Both the position numbers and the translations under genes were made by a program. Source: Promethearchaeota archaeon (GTDB taxonomy: Archaea; Asgardarchaeota; Lokiarchaeia; Sigyniarchaeales; SOKP01). From it: DNA of 64,000 nt. This document shows, piece by piece, positions 8,104-16,681 of this stretch. The notes beneath the pieces were generated by a model. That model ran no database searches, was not told the DNA's origin, and worked only from the letters and a program-made list of their open reading frames with translations. Numbering within the stretch: the stretch's first letter is position 1; every line of letters begins with the position of its first letter. The DNA lies in assembly GCA_011364925.1 (NCBI GenBank), contig RDOA01000012.1, positions 18,254-82,253 on the forward strand, read 5' to 3'.

Positions 8104-9339
8104 ATGGTGATAATATTGCATAAGGATTCAGATTTTTTTGCAAAGGGATTGTCAGAAGAAGAGAGAGACTTATACGATCGTCAATTTCGTTTAGAAGGAT
8201 GGTCCCAAAAATTAGTAAAAAAATCGAGAGTTTTAATCGCGGGAGTAGGAGGGTTAGGATGTGAAATTGCTAAGAATTTAGCTATGTTAGGGGTAGGCCA
8301 TATAGATCTCGTGGATCTAGATATCATCGAACACTCTAACTTAAACCGCCAAGTTCTGTTTGCAGGCGCAAAGCTGGGAGAACCGAAAGCAATTGCGGCT
8401 GCAAAAAAGTTAGCTGAAATTAATCCTAATATTATTGTTAATGGATACCATTCATCGTTAGAACGATTAGAGCCCTCTCTCTACTATAATGCTGATGTTG
8501 TTATAGGGGGACTTGATTCAATGAATGCGAGATTAAATTTAAACGCTCAATGTATTAGATTTAGGAAACCATTAGTAGATGGAGGGGTTTCTGGCTATTA
8601 TGGACATGTATATACAATATTCCCATATCGGAATGCATGTTATGAATGCAATCCGCTGCCAGATGTGGCAAGTGATGAAATGGCAGCTTGTACCGTAGTT
8701 GGTATCCCTCGAAAAAGAATTCATTGCGTTTTTAAAGGAGATATGGCCTTCAAAGAAAAATTTGATAGAGATCCGAATCCTAAAAATGTAGAAGAGATAA
8801 GGTTTATTCAAAAAGTTGCAAATGAACTTGTTACAAAACACAATTTCTTTCCTGAATATACAGAAGATGATATTGTAAAAATTATTGATCGCCATGATCC
8901 AGGAATTATAACAATAAACGCAACAATATCAGCTTTACAATCTCACGAAGCGATTAAAATCCTTCATTGGAAAAACGGTCATAAAGGATTAGGTGAACCA
9001 ATTATAAATTATATGATATTTAATGCTATGACAATGAAATTATACCACATTGAAAAGAAGAGAAATCCAGAATGTTCTCAATGTGGTAAAAATGTGAGAC
9101 GCGTTGTAATTAAAATGAGAGAAAACTCTCCATGCATGAATATAATTAAAATATTACAAAAAAATGGATACAAATTAGAATCGGAATTTGAACCAGTATT
9201 AACTCTTTTGGATTTTAACGATATAATTGTTCTAGATTTAGAGCAAAATCCAATTCAAAATGGTTTGAGGATTTACGAATTTCTCACGGTTGCGGGGTTT
9301 GAAGGAGGAGAAATATACGTAACCTTAAAATTTAAATAA
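8104..9339 (+). CDS. ubiquitin-activating enzyme E1 (ThiF family, UBA3/SAE2-like)
   Basis: YDRQ, GVGGLGCE, D..E.SNLNRQ, CYEC, catalytic ACTVVGIPRKRIHC, CSQC, C-terminal extension. Confidence 0.92.
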   Translation: MVIILHKDSDFFAKGLSEEERDLYDRQFRLEGWSQKLVKKSRVLIAGVGGLGCEIAKNLAMLGVGHIDLVDLDIIEHSNLNRQVLFAGAKLGEPKAIAAAKKLAEINPNIIVNGYHSSLERLEPSLYYNADVVIGGLDSMNARLNLNAQCIRFRKPLVDGGVSGYYGHVYTIFPYRNACYECNPLPDVASDEMAACTVVGIPRKRIHCVFKGDMAFKEKFDRDPNPKNVEEIRFIQKVANELVTKHNFFPEYTEDDIVKIIDRHDPGIITINATISALQSHEAIKILHWKNGHKGLGEPIINYMIFNAMTMKLYHIEKKRNPECSQCGKNVRRVVIKMRENSPCMNIIKILQKNGYKLESEFEPVLTLLDFNDIIVLDLEQNPIQNGLRIYEFLTVAGFEGGEIYVTLKFK

Positions 9340-9405
9340 ATAATTTATCCAAAATATAAATCTAATAAAAAATTATAAAAAAAAACAAAAAACGGGGTTA
9401 AAGAT

Positions 9406-9933
9406 ATGAGTATAAGAAGTAGTCGAGTCTCTCGAGATTTTGCGGGACTTAAAAGATTGCTAAAGGAAGGTACCATCATCCAATTAAAGCCATTTAATCC
9501 AAAAAAAAAGAGTATTGATCACTTAGCTTTAACGGTTAAAGGTCCTAAAGGAACAGCTTACGCAGGAGGATTGTTCAGATTGGAAATGAAGTTTCCTGTT
9601 CAGTACCCTAAACAACCTCCTTTTGTGAGATTGCACACTCCTATTTGGCATCCAAATTTTTGGCCAAAACCTAATGAATATAAAGGACAAAGAAATATTT
9701 GCTTAGCGTTAGTAGATCCGTCTCTAGTGGGGACAAAAGGTGGATGGAGCCCTTCGAAAACAGCTGTTACAGTTGTTCAAGCAATCATTGCTATGCTCAA
9801 CACGCGAGGTAAGTATGTCAATCCAACTGATGTGTTTAATAAAAAAGCAGCGATAGAAATGATAAAGGATCCTAAAATGTTTGAAAAGAAAGTGAAAAGC
9901 TTAACTAAGAAATACGCTAAGGATAAATGGTGA
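9406..9933 (+). CDS. ubiquitin-conjugating enzyme E2
   Basis: GPKGTAYAGGLF, FPVQYPKQPP, IWHPN, ICL (catalytic Cys), WSP. Confidence 0.95.
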   Translation: MSIRSSRVSRDFAGLKRLLKEGTIIQLKPFNPKKKSIDHLALTVKGPKGTAYAGGLFRLEMKFPVQYPKQPPFVRLHTPIWHPNFWPKPNEYKGQRNICLALVDPSLVGTKGGWSPSKTAVTVVQAIIAMLNTRGKYVNPTDVFNKKAAIEMIKDPKMFEKKVKSLTKKYAKDKW

Positions 9934-9940
9934 TTATGGA

Positions 9941-10750
9941 ATGGGCATTGACGAAAATAATTCTAGTTCCATTAGAGATGCGATAAAACAGAGAATTAAA
10001 GAGAAAATTAAAAAAGAACTCCTCGAAGAAGTGTACACTGAATTACAATTAGAAGAATTACAAGAAGAAATAACCGCTGAATTTATCGATGTAAAACCGA
10101 TAAATCACTCTAAATATATCAAAGCTAACCTTGAACCAATTCCAATGGAACCCGTAGTAGAAACTGTGGCTAGAAGCGATAAAATTGAAGCGACTATAAC
10201 AATCACGATAAAAGCAGTTCTTAAAATCGCCAGTCATTCTCTCAAATATGCGCATTCAAAAATACCTAGAGAACAATGGGTAGAAGTAATTGGCTTACTC
10301 GCTGGAAAGTATAATGAGTCTAACGGAATATTACATATTGAAGATGCTTATCCAATGGGGCATGGTACAGCGGTGTATGCTGAAATAAAGGATTATAAGA
10401 ATTATGTTAGAGCTTTTAAAGATATCAAGAAAAAAAAGGGCTTATTCATAGCAGGATGGTATCATAGCCACCCAAGTTATAGTTGCTTTATGTCAAGGGA
10501 AGATTTAAGCACACAGGCTAGATATCAAAAGCTTTGGGACAAAGCCGTTGCACTCGTAATCGATCCATTTTTAATTAACGGAAGATCAGTTGGATTTGAA
10601 ATTTACCGCGCAAATTTTAAAACAAAGAAATGGTTTTCAGTGCCTTTTGAAATTAAAGGGCATTTAGATATTCGCATGTTACCGGAGATTATAGAATTCA
10701 TGAATCCGATAATAGAAGGGAAACCAGCCTATTTAGAATATGATGAGTAA
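9941..10750 (+). CDS. JAB1/MPN+ (JAMM) metalloprotease, CSN5/Rpn11-like
   Basis: EVIGLL and GWYHSHPSYSCFMSREDLSTQ, ALVIDP. Confidence 0.93.
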   Translation: MGIDENNSSSIRDAIKQRIKEKIKKELLEEVYTELQLEELQEEITAEFIDVKPINHSKYIKANLEPIPMEPVVETVARSDKIEATITITIKAVLKIASHSLKYAHSKIPREQWVEVIGLLAGKYNESNGILHIEDAYPMGHGTAVYAEIKDYKNYVRAFKDIKKKKGLFIAGWYHSHPSYSCFMSREDLSTQARYQKLWDKAVALVIDPFLINGRSVGFEIYRANFKTKKWFSVPFEIKGHLDIRMLPEIIEFMNPIIEGKPAYLEYDE

Positions 10751-10782
10751 AGAAAATAAGTTAATATTGTGATGTTTAAACC

Positions 10783-11904
10783 ATGGTTAAAAATAAAACC
10801 TTAACAATCATTTTTGCTATTTTTTTAGTTATTGGGGTAATTCATGGTTTAATCTCTCTTTCTTTTTTAAATTTTGCAACCTGGGTTTTAATAGGATTAT
10901 GGGTAATATTTACAATAAAATTATATGTAAACATAAAACGGCACCGTGAGTTTAATTCGCCACATAATACTGCATTTTTTGTCATTATTCCGTTAACTAT
11001 TGGAATATTTTACTCAATTTGGGGCTATTATACAGGAATTCTAGGAGAAAATTTACTCGGTGGAGTATATTTTAGTCTATGGAGCTTAATTTTTGCTTTT
11101 CCTTTTGTGATCTATGGATCCTACTCATTATATCGATGTTTCAAGAAATACAATGTAATATATTTTGGGACCAAAGCTGTGAAAGCCCGAAAATTGGGAT
11201 ACATTCTTTCTTTTTCAGTTCTTATTTTTATTTTGATTTATTGGATAAGTTTTTATAGCGCAATTGAGAGTTTTCCGTTGGATTTGAATCTCTTAATACT
11301 ATTTATAGCTACAATTTTAGTCGTAATAATATTTGGTTTTACTAATTCTCGTCCATCATTACCTACTTTAACACGCGATTATATTGCAAATCGTACTAGA
11401 ACAATAAACAATTTAACTACGCCTACAACACAACGACAGCGTTTACGGACTACAAGAGTAACCGCTCCTACTCCATCTACTAGAGCAACAACACAAACTT
11501 CAAGATCGAGAACTCATTCGTCAAGAATAACCCCTACATCACATAGACAAACTACAAGAACTAAAACAACAAAAGTTACACACACAACTACTGTTAAACC
11601 TACTTCCAAAATTCGGAATATTAATAATTATAAACCCAGAGCATCGTATTTGTCATTAGAAGATTTTAAGTGTATCTTTTGTTTTAAGCTACCAAAACTT
11701 CCTGATGACAAGGGTCGAGGAGTGGTTATATGTCCAAATTGCAGATATCCCTCCCATGCGGATGAATTCAAAGATTGGATGCGCACTTCAAATCTTTGTT
11801 CGCGTTGTAGTGCTCCTATTCCTACCAGCTTTAGGCGTAATCCCAGTATAGTAAGTGTAAAGAACTACATTATTGCTTATAAACAATTGTTAAAACGCAA
11901 ATAA
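10783..11904 (+). CDS. multi-pass membrane protein with C-terminal RING-variant domain (putative E3 ligase)
   Basis: about 6 hydrophobic helices, Thr/Arg/Ser-rich linker, C-x2-C-x16-C-x2-C-x4-H-x2-E-x3-W-x6-C-x2-C. Confidence 0.75.
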   Translation: MVKNKTLTIIFAIFLVIGVIHGLISLSFLNFATWVLIGLWVIFTIKLYVNIKRHREFNSPHNTAFFVIIPLTIGIFYSIWGYYTGILGENLLGGVYFSLWSLIFAFPFVIYGSYSLYRCFKKYNVIYFGTKAVKARKLGYILSFSVLIFILIYWISFYSAIESFPLDLNLLILFIATILVVIIFGFTNSRPSLPTLTRDYIANRTRTINNLTTPTTQRQRLRTTRVTAPTPSTRATTQTSRSRTHSSRITPTSHRQTTRTKTTKVTHTTTVKPTSKIRNINNYKPRASYLSLEDFKCIFCFKLPKLPDDKGRGVVICPNCRYPSHADEFKDWMRTSNLCSRCSAPIPTSFRRNPSIVSVKNYIIAYKQLLKRK

Positions 11905-12012
11905 AGAGGAACGATTTTTAATTCTATTAAGTGAGTTTTTCTATTTCTAATATTTATTATATTTTCGTAAATTCTAATATATATATATTAAAAAAGTGTT
12001 AACGAAAGAAAA

Positions 12013-12573
12013 ATGAATAAAGAAAGCGTACAAGAACTAATCACACAACTTATTAAGGAGATTGAAGGGAATGAGGGAGAATTACGCCCTGCCACGAAAG
12101 AAACTCCAAGACGAGTAGCCAATGCGTATAGCGAAATATTTGATGGCTATCGAACAGACATAGACAAGGAAGTGAAAGTCTTTAAAGCAAACTATAGCGA
12201 GATTATTGTATCTAAAGATATTAAGTTTTATAGCATGTGCGAGCACCATATTCTCCCTTTCTACGGTACTGTTGACATTATATATATGCCAGGCGAGTAT
12301 CTTTTAGGAATTTCAAAATTCGCACGAGTAGTTAATTATTTTTCTCATAGATTAAATGTTCAAGAAAAGATGACAGATGACATTGCAAATTATTTAATGA
12401 CCTGTTCGTTAAAACCAAGAGGAGTGATGGTTATAGTCAAAGGTACTCATTTATGCGAGATAATGAGGGGTGTAAAGCAGTCTAATCCTTTAATAATAAC
12501 ATCTGCTATAAAGGGAATATTTAAAACTAACCTTGCTACGAGATCAGAAGCGTTGGAACTATTAAATTTATAA
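12013..12573 (+). CDS. folE: GTP cyclohydrolase I (type IA)
   Basis: ETPRRVA, SMCEHHILPF, GISKFAR, VQE, HLCEIMRGV. Confidence 0.95.
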   Translation: MNKESVQELITQLIKEIEGNEGELRPATKETPRRVANAYSEIFDGYRTDIDKEVKVFKANYSEIIVSKDIKFYSMCEHHILPFYGTVDIIYMPGEYLLGISKFARVVNYFSHRLNVQEKMTDDIANYLMTCSLKPRGVMVIVKGTHLCEIMRGVKQSNPLIITSAIKGIFKTNLATRSEALELLNL

Positions 12574-12640
12574 CCCTAAACATATTATTACTGACAATAG
12601 TTATTTTTTTATCAAAATCATAAAAATTTTTGTGTGGGTT

Positions 12641-13813
12641 ATGTCCAAAACCTTCATACATAGTAATTACGGTTTGATTGGAGTCGGCTTAGAATTTAAA
12701 AAGAACATCACAGTCGAAGTTAATGAAGATGGAATAATTAATAATCTTTCTTATGATGATGTAAGAGAAGATATCAATATTTCGTCGAAACATCCTACTT
12801 TTTTATTAATACCTGGTTTGATTAATTCTCATATTCATATTTGTGACAGTTTTGCTAAAGAACAAGGTTTTAATAAAAATTTAATAGAAGTTGTCGCCCC
12901 TCCTAATGGGATTAAACATAAATTGCTAGAAAATACTTCAGAAGCGATCAAAGTACAAGGAATAAAAGAAGCAGTTAAGGATATGTTAGCTAATGGCATA
13001 ACTCTGTTCGTAGATTTTAGAGAAAATGGAATAATTGGCGTTAACATATTAAAAGATGCTTTAGAAAATTCACCAATTAATTGCATTATTTTAGGAAGAT
13101 TCAAAAATCTTGAAGAAGCAGAGGTTATTATAAAAAAAGCTAATGGAATTGGATTTGCAAGTTATGATCAGCTTTCTCAAGATCATAAAAATATAATAAT
13201 TGGATTAAAAAATAAATATAGAAGCAAGATTATTGCTTGTCACGATGCAGAGTTATCACGGAACGAGTTACTATTGAAGGATATAATAAGAGATGGAATA
13301 ATTGATGTTGTTATTCACGGGACGCACTATACGATGGAAGATTTAAAAAAGATTAAGGAAAACCATATAATGTTAGTTTTATGCCCAAGATGTAATGGTT
13401 ATTTTGGGTGTGGTTTTCCACCTATTAAGGAATTATGCTATCTAGAAATCCCTGTTAGTCTTGGAACAGATAATGTAATGGCAAATAACATTGATTTATT
13501 TGAAGAGATGCGTTATTTATATAGGATTTTCCGTGTATTGGCTGCTAATAAAAGTAAGAATATTTTAACATCAAAAGAGCTGTTAAAAATGGTAACTATT
13601 AATGCTGCAAAAAACTTTGGTCTGTTAGAGAAATTTGGTTCTATTTCAGTGGGAAAATATGCGGATTTTTCTCTATTAAGCCTTTCTGATTCAAATTATT
13701 ATTCACATGAGTTTGATAGTGAAAATATTTATAACATAATTGTTCAAAGAACAAGGGCAGAGAATATAAAAAGGACTTATATTAAAGGTGAGGTAGTATC
13801 TGAAAGAAAGTGA
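12641..13813 (+). CDS. metal-dependent amidohydrolase / deaminase family protein
   Basis: PGLINSHIHICD, CPR.N, LGTDN, T.NAAK, GSISVGKYAD; ATG at 12641 preferred over GTG 12632. Confidence 0.85.
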   Translation: MSKTFIHSNYGLIGVGLEFKKNITVEVNEDGIINNLSYDDVREDINISSKHPTFLLIPGLINSHIHICDSFAKEQGFNKNLIEVVAPPNGIKHKLLENTSEAIKVQGIKEAVKDMLANGITLFVDFRENGIIGVNILKDALENSPINCIILGRFKNLEEAEVIIKKANGIGFASYDQLSQDHKNIIIGLKNKYRSKIIACHDAELSRNELLLKDIIRDGIIDVVIHGTHYTMEDLKKIKENHIMLVLCPRCNGYFGCGFPPIKELCYLEIPVSLGTDNVMANNIDLFEEMRYLYRIFRVLAANKSKNILTSKELLKMVTINAAKNFGLLEKFGSISVGKYADFSLLSLSDSNYYSHEFDSENIYNIIVQRTRAENIKRTYIKGEVVSERK

Positions 13814-14471
13814 ACATCCTTATGTGATTTTAAGTGCTGCTATGACAATTGATGGAAAAATTGCATCAAAAAATGGAGATCCAGAAATTTCTGATGAAGA
13901 GGATTGGAAATCTGTTCATAAACTTCGAACAGAGGTGGATGCGATTATGGTTGGTAAAGGATCCATACTGAAAGATAATCCCAAATTACATATAAAATAT
14001 TACGATCATAACGGGTACTATCGTATTGTATTGGATAGCAATCTTTCCATTCCAATTGATTCGAATATTATTACCTATGAACCCGATACTTATCCAACTA
14101 TTATAGTAACAACCGAAAACGCTCCTGTTGATCGAATTAGGGAATTTGAAGCAAAAAATGTAATTATTATTAAGTCTGGAAGTGGGAATGAAGTTGATAT
14201 TGTTAAATTGATGCCCATTTTATACGGAAAAGGCATAAAGAGGATCCTTTTAGAAGGTGGGGCCAGATTAAATTGGAGTTTTATCAAAAATCATTTAGTA
14301 GACGAAATTAGAATCACAATAGGACCCTGGATGGTAGGGGGTAAGGATGCCTTGAGTTTAGTGGAAGGAGAGGGTTTCGCAAAAATGTGTGAAAGCCCAA
14401 GATATTGCTTATCAAATGTGAAGAAGAACAATAACTATATAACTCTTTATTATAAGAAAGAAAAACCATGA
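13800..14471 (+). CDS. arfC: 2,5-diamino-6-ribosylamino-4(3H)-pyrimidinone 5'-phosphate reductase (RibD C-terminal family)
   Basis: HPYVILSAAMTIDGKIA, HKLR..DAIMVG, LLEGGA; start placed at CTG 13800 behind GGTGAGG (ORF track begins at GTG 13824). Confidence 0.85.
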   Translation: MKESEHPYVILSAAMTIDGKIASKNGDPEISDEEDWKSVHKLRTEVDAIMVGKGSILKDNPKLHIKYYDHNGYYRIVLDSNLSIPIDSNIITYEPDTYPTIIVTTENAPVDRIREFEAKNVIIIKSGSGNEVDIVKLMPILYGKGIKRILLEGGARLNWSFIKNHLVDEIRITIGPWMVGGKDALSLVEGEGFAKMCESPRYCLSNVKKNNNYITLYYKKEKP

Positions 14472-15595
14472 AAACCACTAAAGAAATAGAACAATTGGAA
14501 AAGATACCAATAAAAGCGCTGAAAGAAAAAATTAAAAGTATAAGAGAAGAACTTCCTAAAGAAGAACAGAATATTGTTACTTTTTCTAAGAACTTTACAC
14601 TTTCTCTTTCAAACTATTGTCAAAATCAATGTGGATACTGTTTCTATAACCAGCATGTATCTAAAGAGATTCTAGAACAGTATATTGCACTAATTGAAGA
14701 AAATAAAATTAATGATTTAATCCAAGCAGCAATAAAATTTGGATGCACAGAAGCTTTACTAATGTCTGGTGAATCTCCTGATAAGTTCGAAGTAGTTCAA
14801 AAAGAATTGGAAAAAAGAAACTATAGCAATTTCAACCAATTTGTGAAAAGATTAAGCGAAAAGTTGTTAGAATTCAATCTTTTACCCCATACAAATATAG
14901 GTGCGCTCTCATTCGATGAATTAAAATATTTAAAGGATACAAATGCTAGTATGGGTTTAATGATTGAGAGTACCTGTGAAACTCTTTCCAAACCTGGTGG
15001 TGTTCATGAAAATTCACCAAATAAAACGCCAGAAACTAGAATTAAACACATTATAGACGCGGGAAAGTTAAAGATTCCCTTTACTACAGGCTTATTATTA
15101 GGAATTGGTGAGAGATTTCAAGATCGCATAAAGGATTTGTACTTAATCAAAGAACTTCATCAAAAATATGGTCACATCCAAGAAGTAATAATACAAAATT
15201 TTACAGAAAAATCGAGGATTCCCTATCATCCGAAAAAACCAATAAATATAGAAGAAACTCTCAAAACTGCGGGTGTTGCAAAATTAATATTTGAAAACGA
15301 TATAGCGATTCAAGTTCCTCCTAATTTAATTCAAAATTACGAAAAGGAAGCTTTAGAAATGGGAATTGATGATTTTGGAGGCATATCTCCATTTACTATA
15401 GATTATATTAACCCCCACCACGCTTGGCCAAAAATACCACTCTTAGAAAAGTTATGCATGAGTTTTGGATATGAACTTAAGGAAAGGCTTCCTATATATA
15501 AGAAATTTATAGATAAAAACGGATTTTGTTCTGAAATTATTAAAAAAACGATAAAAAGGATTGATCTGAATGTTAGAAGCGAAAAAGATTCTTAG
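14468..15595 (+). CDS. cofG: FO synthase subunit CofG (radical SAM)
   Basis: VTFSKN, CQNQCGYC, ASMGLMIE, IPFTTGLLLGIGE, HIQEVIIQNF, IQVPPNL, DDFGGISP. Confidence 0.92.
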   Translation: MKTTKEIEQLEKIPIKALKEKIKSIREELPKEEQNIVTFSKNFTLSLSNYCQNQCGYCFYNQHVSKEILEQYIALIEENKINDLIQAAIKFGCTEALLMSGESPDKFEVVQKELEKRNYSNFNQFVKRLSEKLLEFNLLPHTNIGALSFDELKYLKDTNASMGLMIESTCETLSKPGGVHENSPNKTPETRIKHIIDAGKLKIPFTTGLLLGIGERFQDRIKDLYLIKELHQKYGHIQEVIIQNFTEKSRIPYHPKKPINIEETLKTAGVAKLIFENDIAIQVPPNLIQNYEKEALEMGIDDFGGISPFTIDYINPHHAWPKIPLLEKLCMSFGYELKERLPIYKKFIDKNGFCSEIIKKTIKRIDLNVRSEKDS

Positions 15596-16670
15596 AAAAG
15601 CTGAAGATTCAGTTGAGATTAGCCCGGATGAAGCTTTAATCCTATTAAAAATCACGGGTAAAGATTTCACAGCTTTACAACAGACTGCTGATCAGATTTG
15701 TTTTGAGAAGAAGAATAATCTCGTAAGTTTTATCATAAATCGAAATATAAATTTTACAAATGTCTGTTATCAAGGATGTAAATTCTGCTCGTTTTCTGTT
15801 TCAAATAAAAATAAAGACAGTTTTTTAAAAACTATTGAAGAAATAAGAGAGGATGTTACTGAAGCTAAGAACGCAGAATGCACTGAAGTATGCATCCAAG
15901 GAGGGATTAATCCAGAATTAGATTTCGACTATTATTTAGAGATTTTGAAAATAGTAAAGGAGATTGATTCAAATATCCATACTCACGCTTTTTCTCCTCA
16001 AGAAGTGTTCTATATGTCAAAATTATACGGCTCATCGATTTATGATGTGTTAAAGGAGTTAAAAAAAGCAGGTTTAGATTCTATGCCAGGAACAGCAGCA
16101 GAAATTTTAGTAGATGATATCAGAAAAGTTATTTGTCCAAATAAAATTACCACTTCTCAATGGATTGATGTGATAAAATCAGCACATGAATTAGGAATCC
16201 CCACTACTTCGACTATGATGTATGGTCACATTGAAGATTTAAAGGACAGAATAGAACACCTCGAGATTTTAAGGAATATACAGAAAGAAACTTCCGGGTT
16301 CACCGAATTTGTCCCTCTACCCTTTGTTAAAGAAAATCCTCTTTTATCTAAATTGACAGATTTCCCTCTAAAACCTAGCTATGGAATGGCAGATTTAAAA
16401 TTGTTTGCGGTAGCAAGAATTTTCCTCAACAATTACATTGATAATATTCAATGTTCTTGGGTAAAGTTGGGCCCAAAATTCGCTCAAGTTTCTCTATATT
16501 ACGGAGTAAACGACTTTTCTGGTACGTTAATGGAAGAGAACATTTCAAAAAGCGCAGGAGCCGAATTTGGAGAATATTTAGCTCCGGAAGAGATGATCTC
16601 TATCATTAAAGCTGCCGGCAAGAAACCTGTGCAGAGGGATACGCTCTATAAATTATTAAAATTCTACTGA
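15570..16670 (+). CDS. cofH: FO synthase subunit CofH (radical SAM)
   Basis: NRNINFTNVCYQGCKFC, SMPGTAAEIL, TMMYGHIE, NIQCSWVKLG, GTLMEENIS; adjacent to cofG. Confidence 0.92.
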   Translation: MLEAKKILRKAEDSVEISPDEALILLKITGKDFTALQQTADQICFEKKNNLVSFIINRNINFTNVCYQGCKFCSFSVSNKNKDSFLKTIEEIREDVTEAKNAECTEVCIQGGINPELDFDYYLEILKIVKEIDSNIHTHAFSPQEVFYMSKLYGSSIYDVLKELKKAGLDSMPGTAAEILVDDIRKVICPNKITTSQWIDVIKSAHELGIPTTSTMMYGHIEDLKDRIEHLEILRNIQKETSGFTEFVPLPFVKENPLLSKLTDFPLKPSYGMADLKLFAVARIFLNNYIDNIQCSWVKLGPKFAQVSLYYGVNDFSGTLMEENISKSAGAEFGEYLAPEEMISIIKAAGKKPVQRDTLYKLLKFY

Positions 16671-16681
16671 TTATTAAAACT

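Noticed and set aside
7692-9339. ThiS/MoaD-ThiF sulfur-carrier system
   Set aside because: Adjacent E2, JAMM and RING genes and the UBA3-like catalytic Cys indicate protein conjugation
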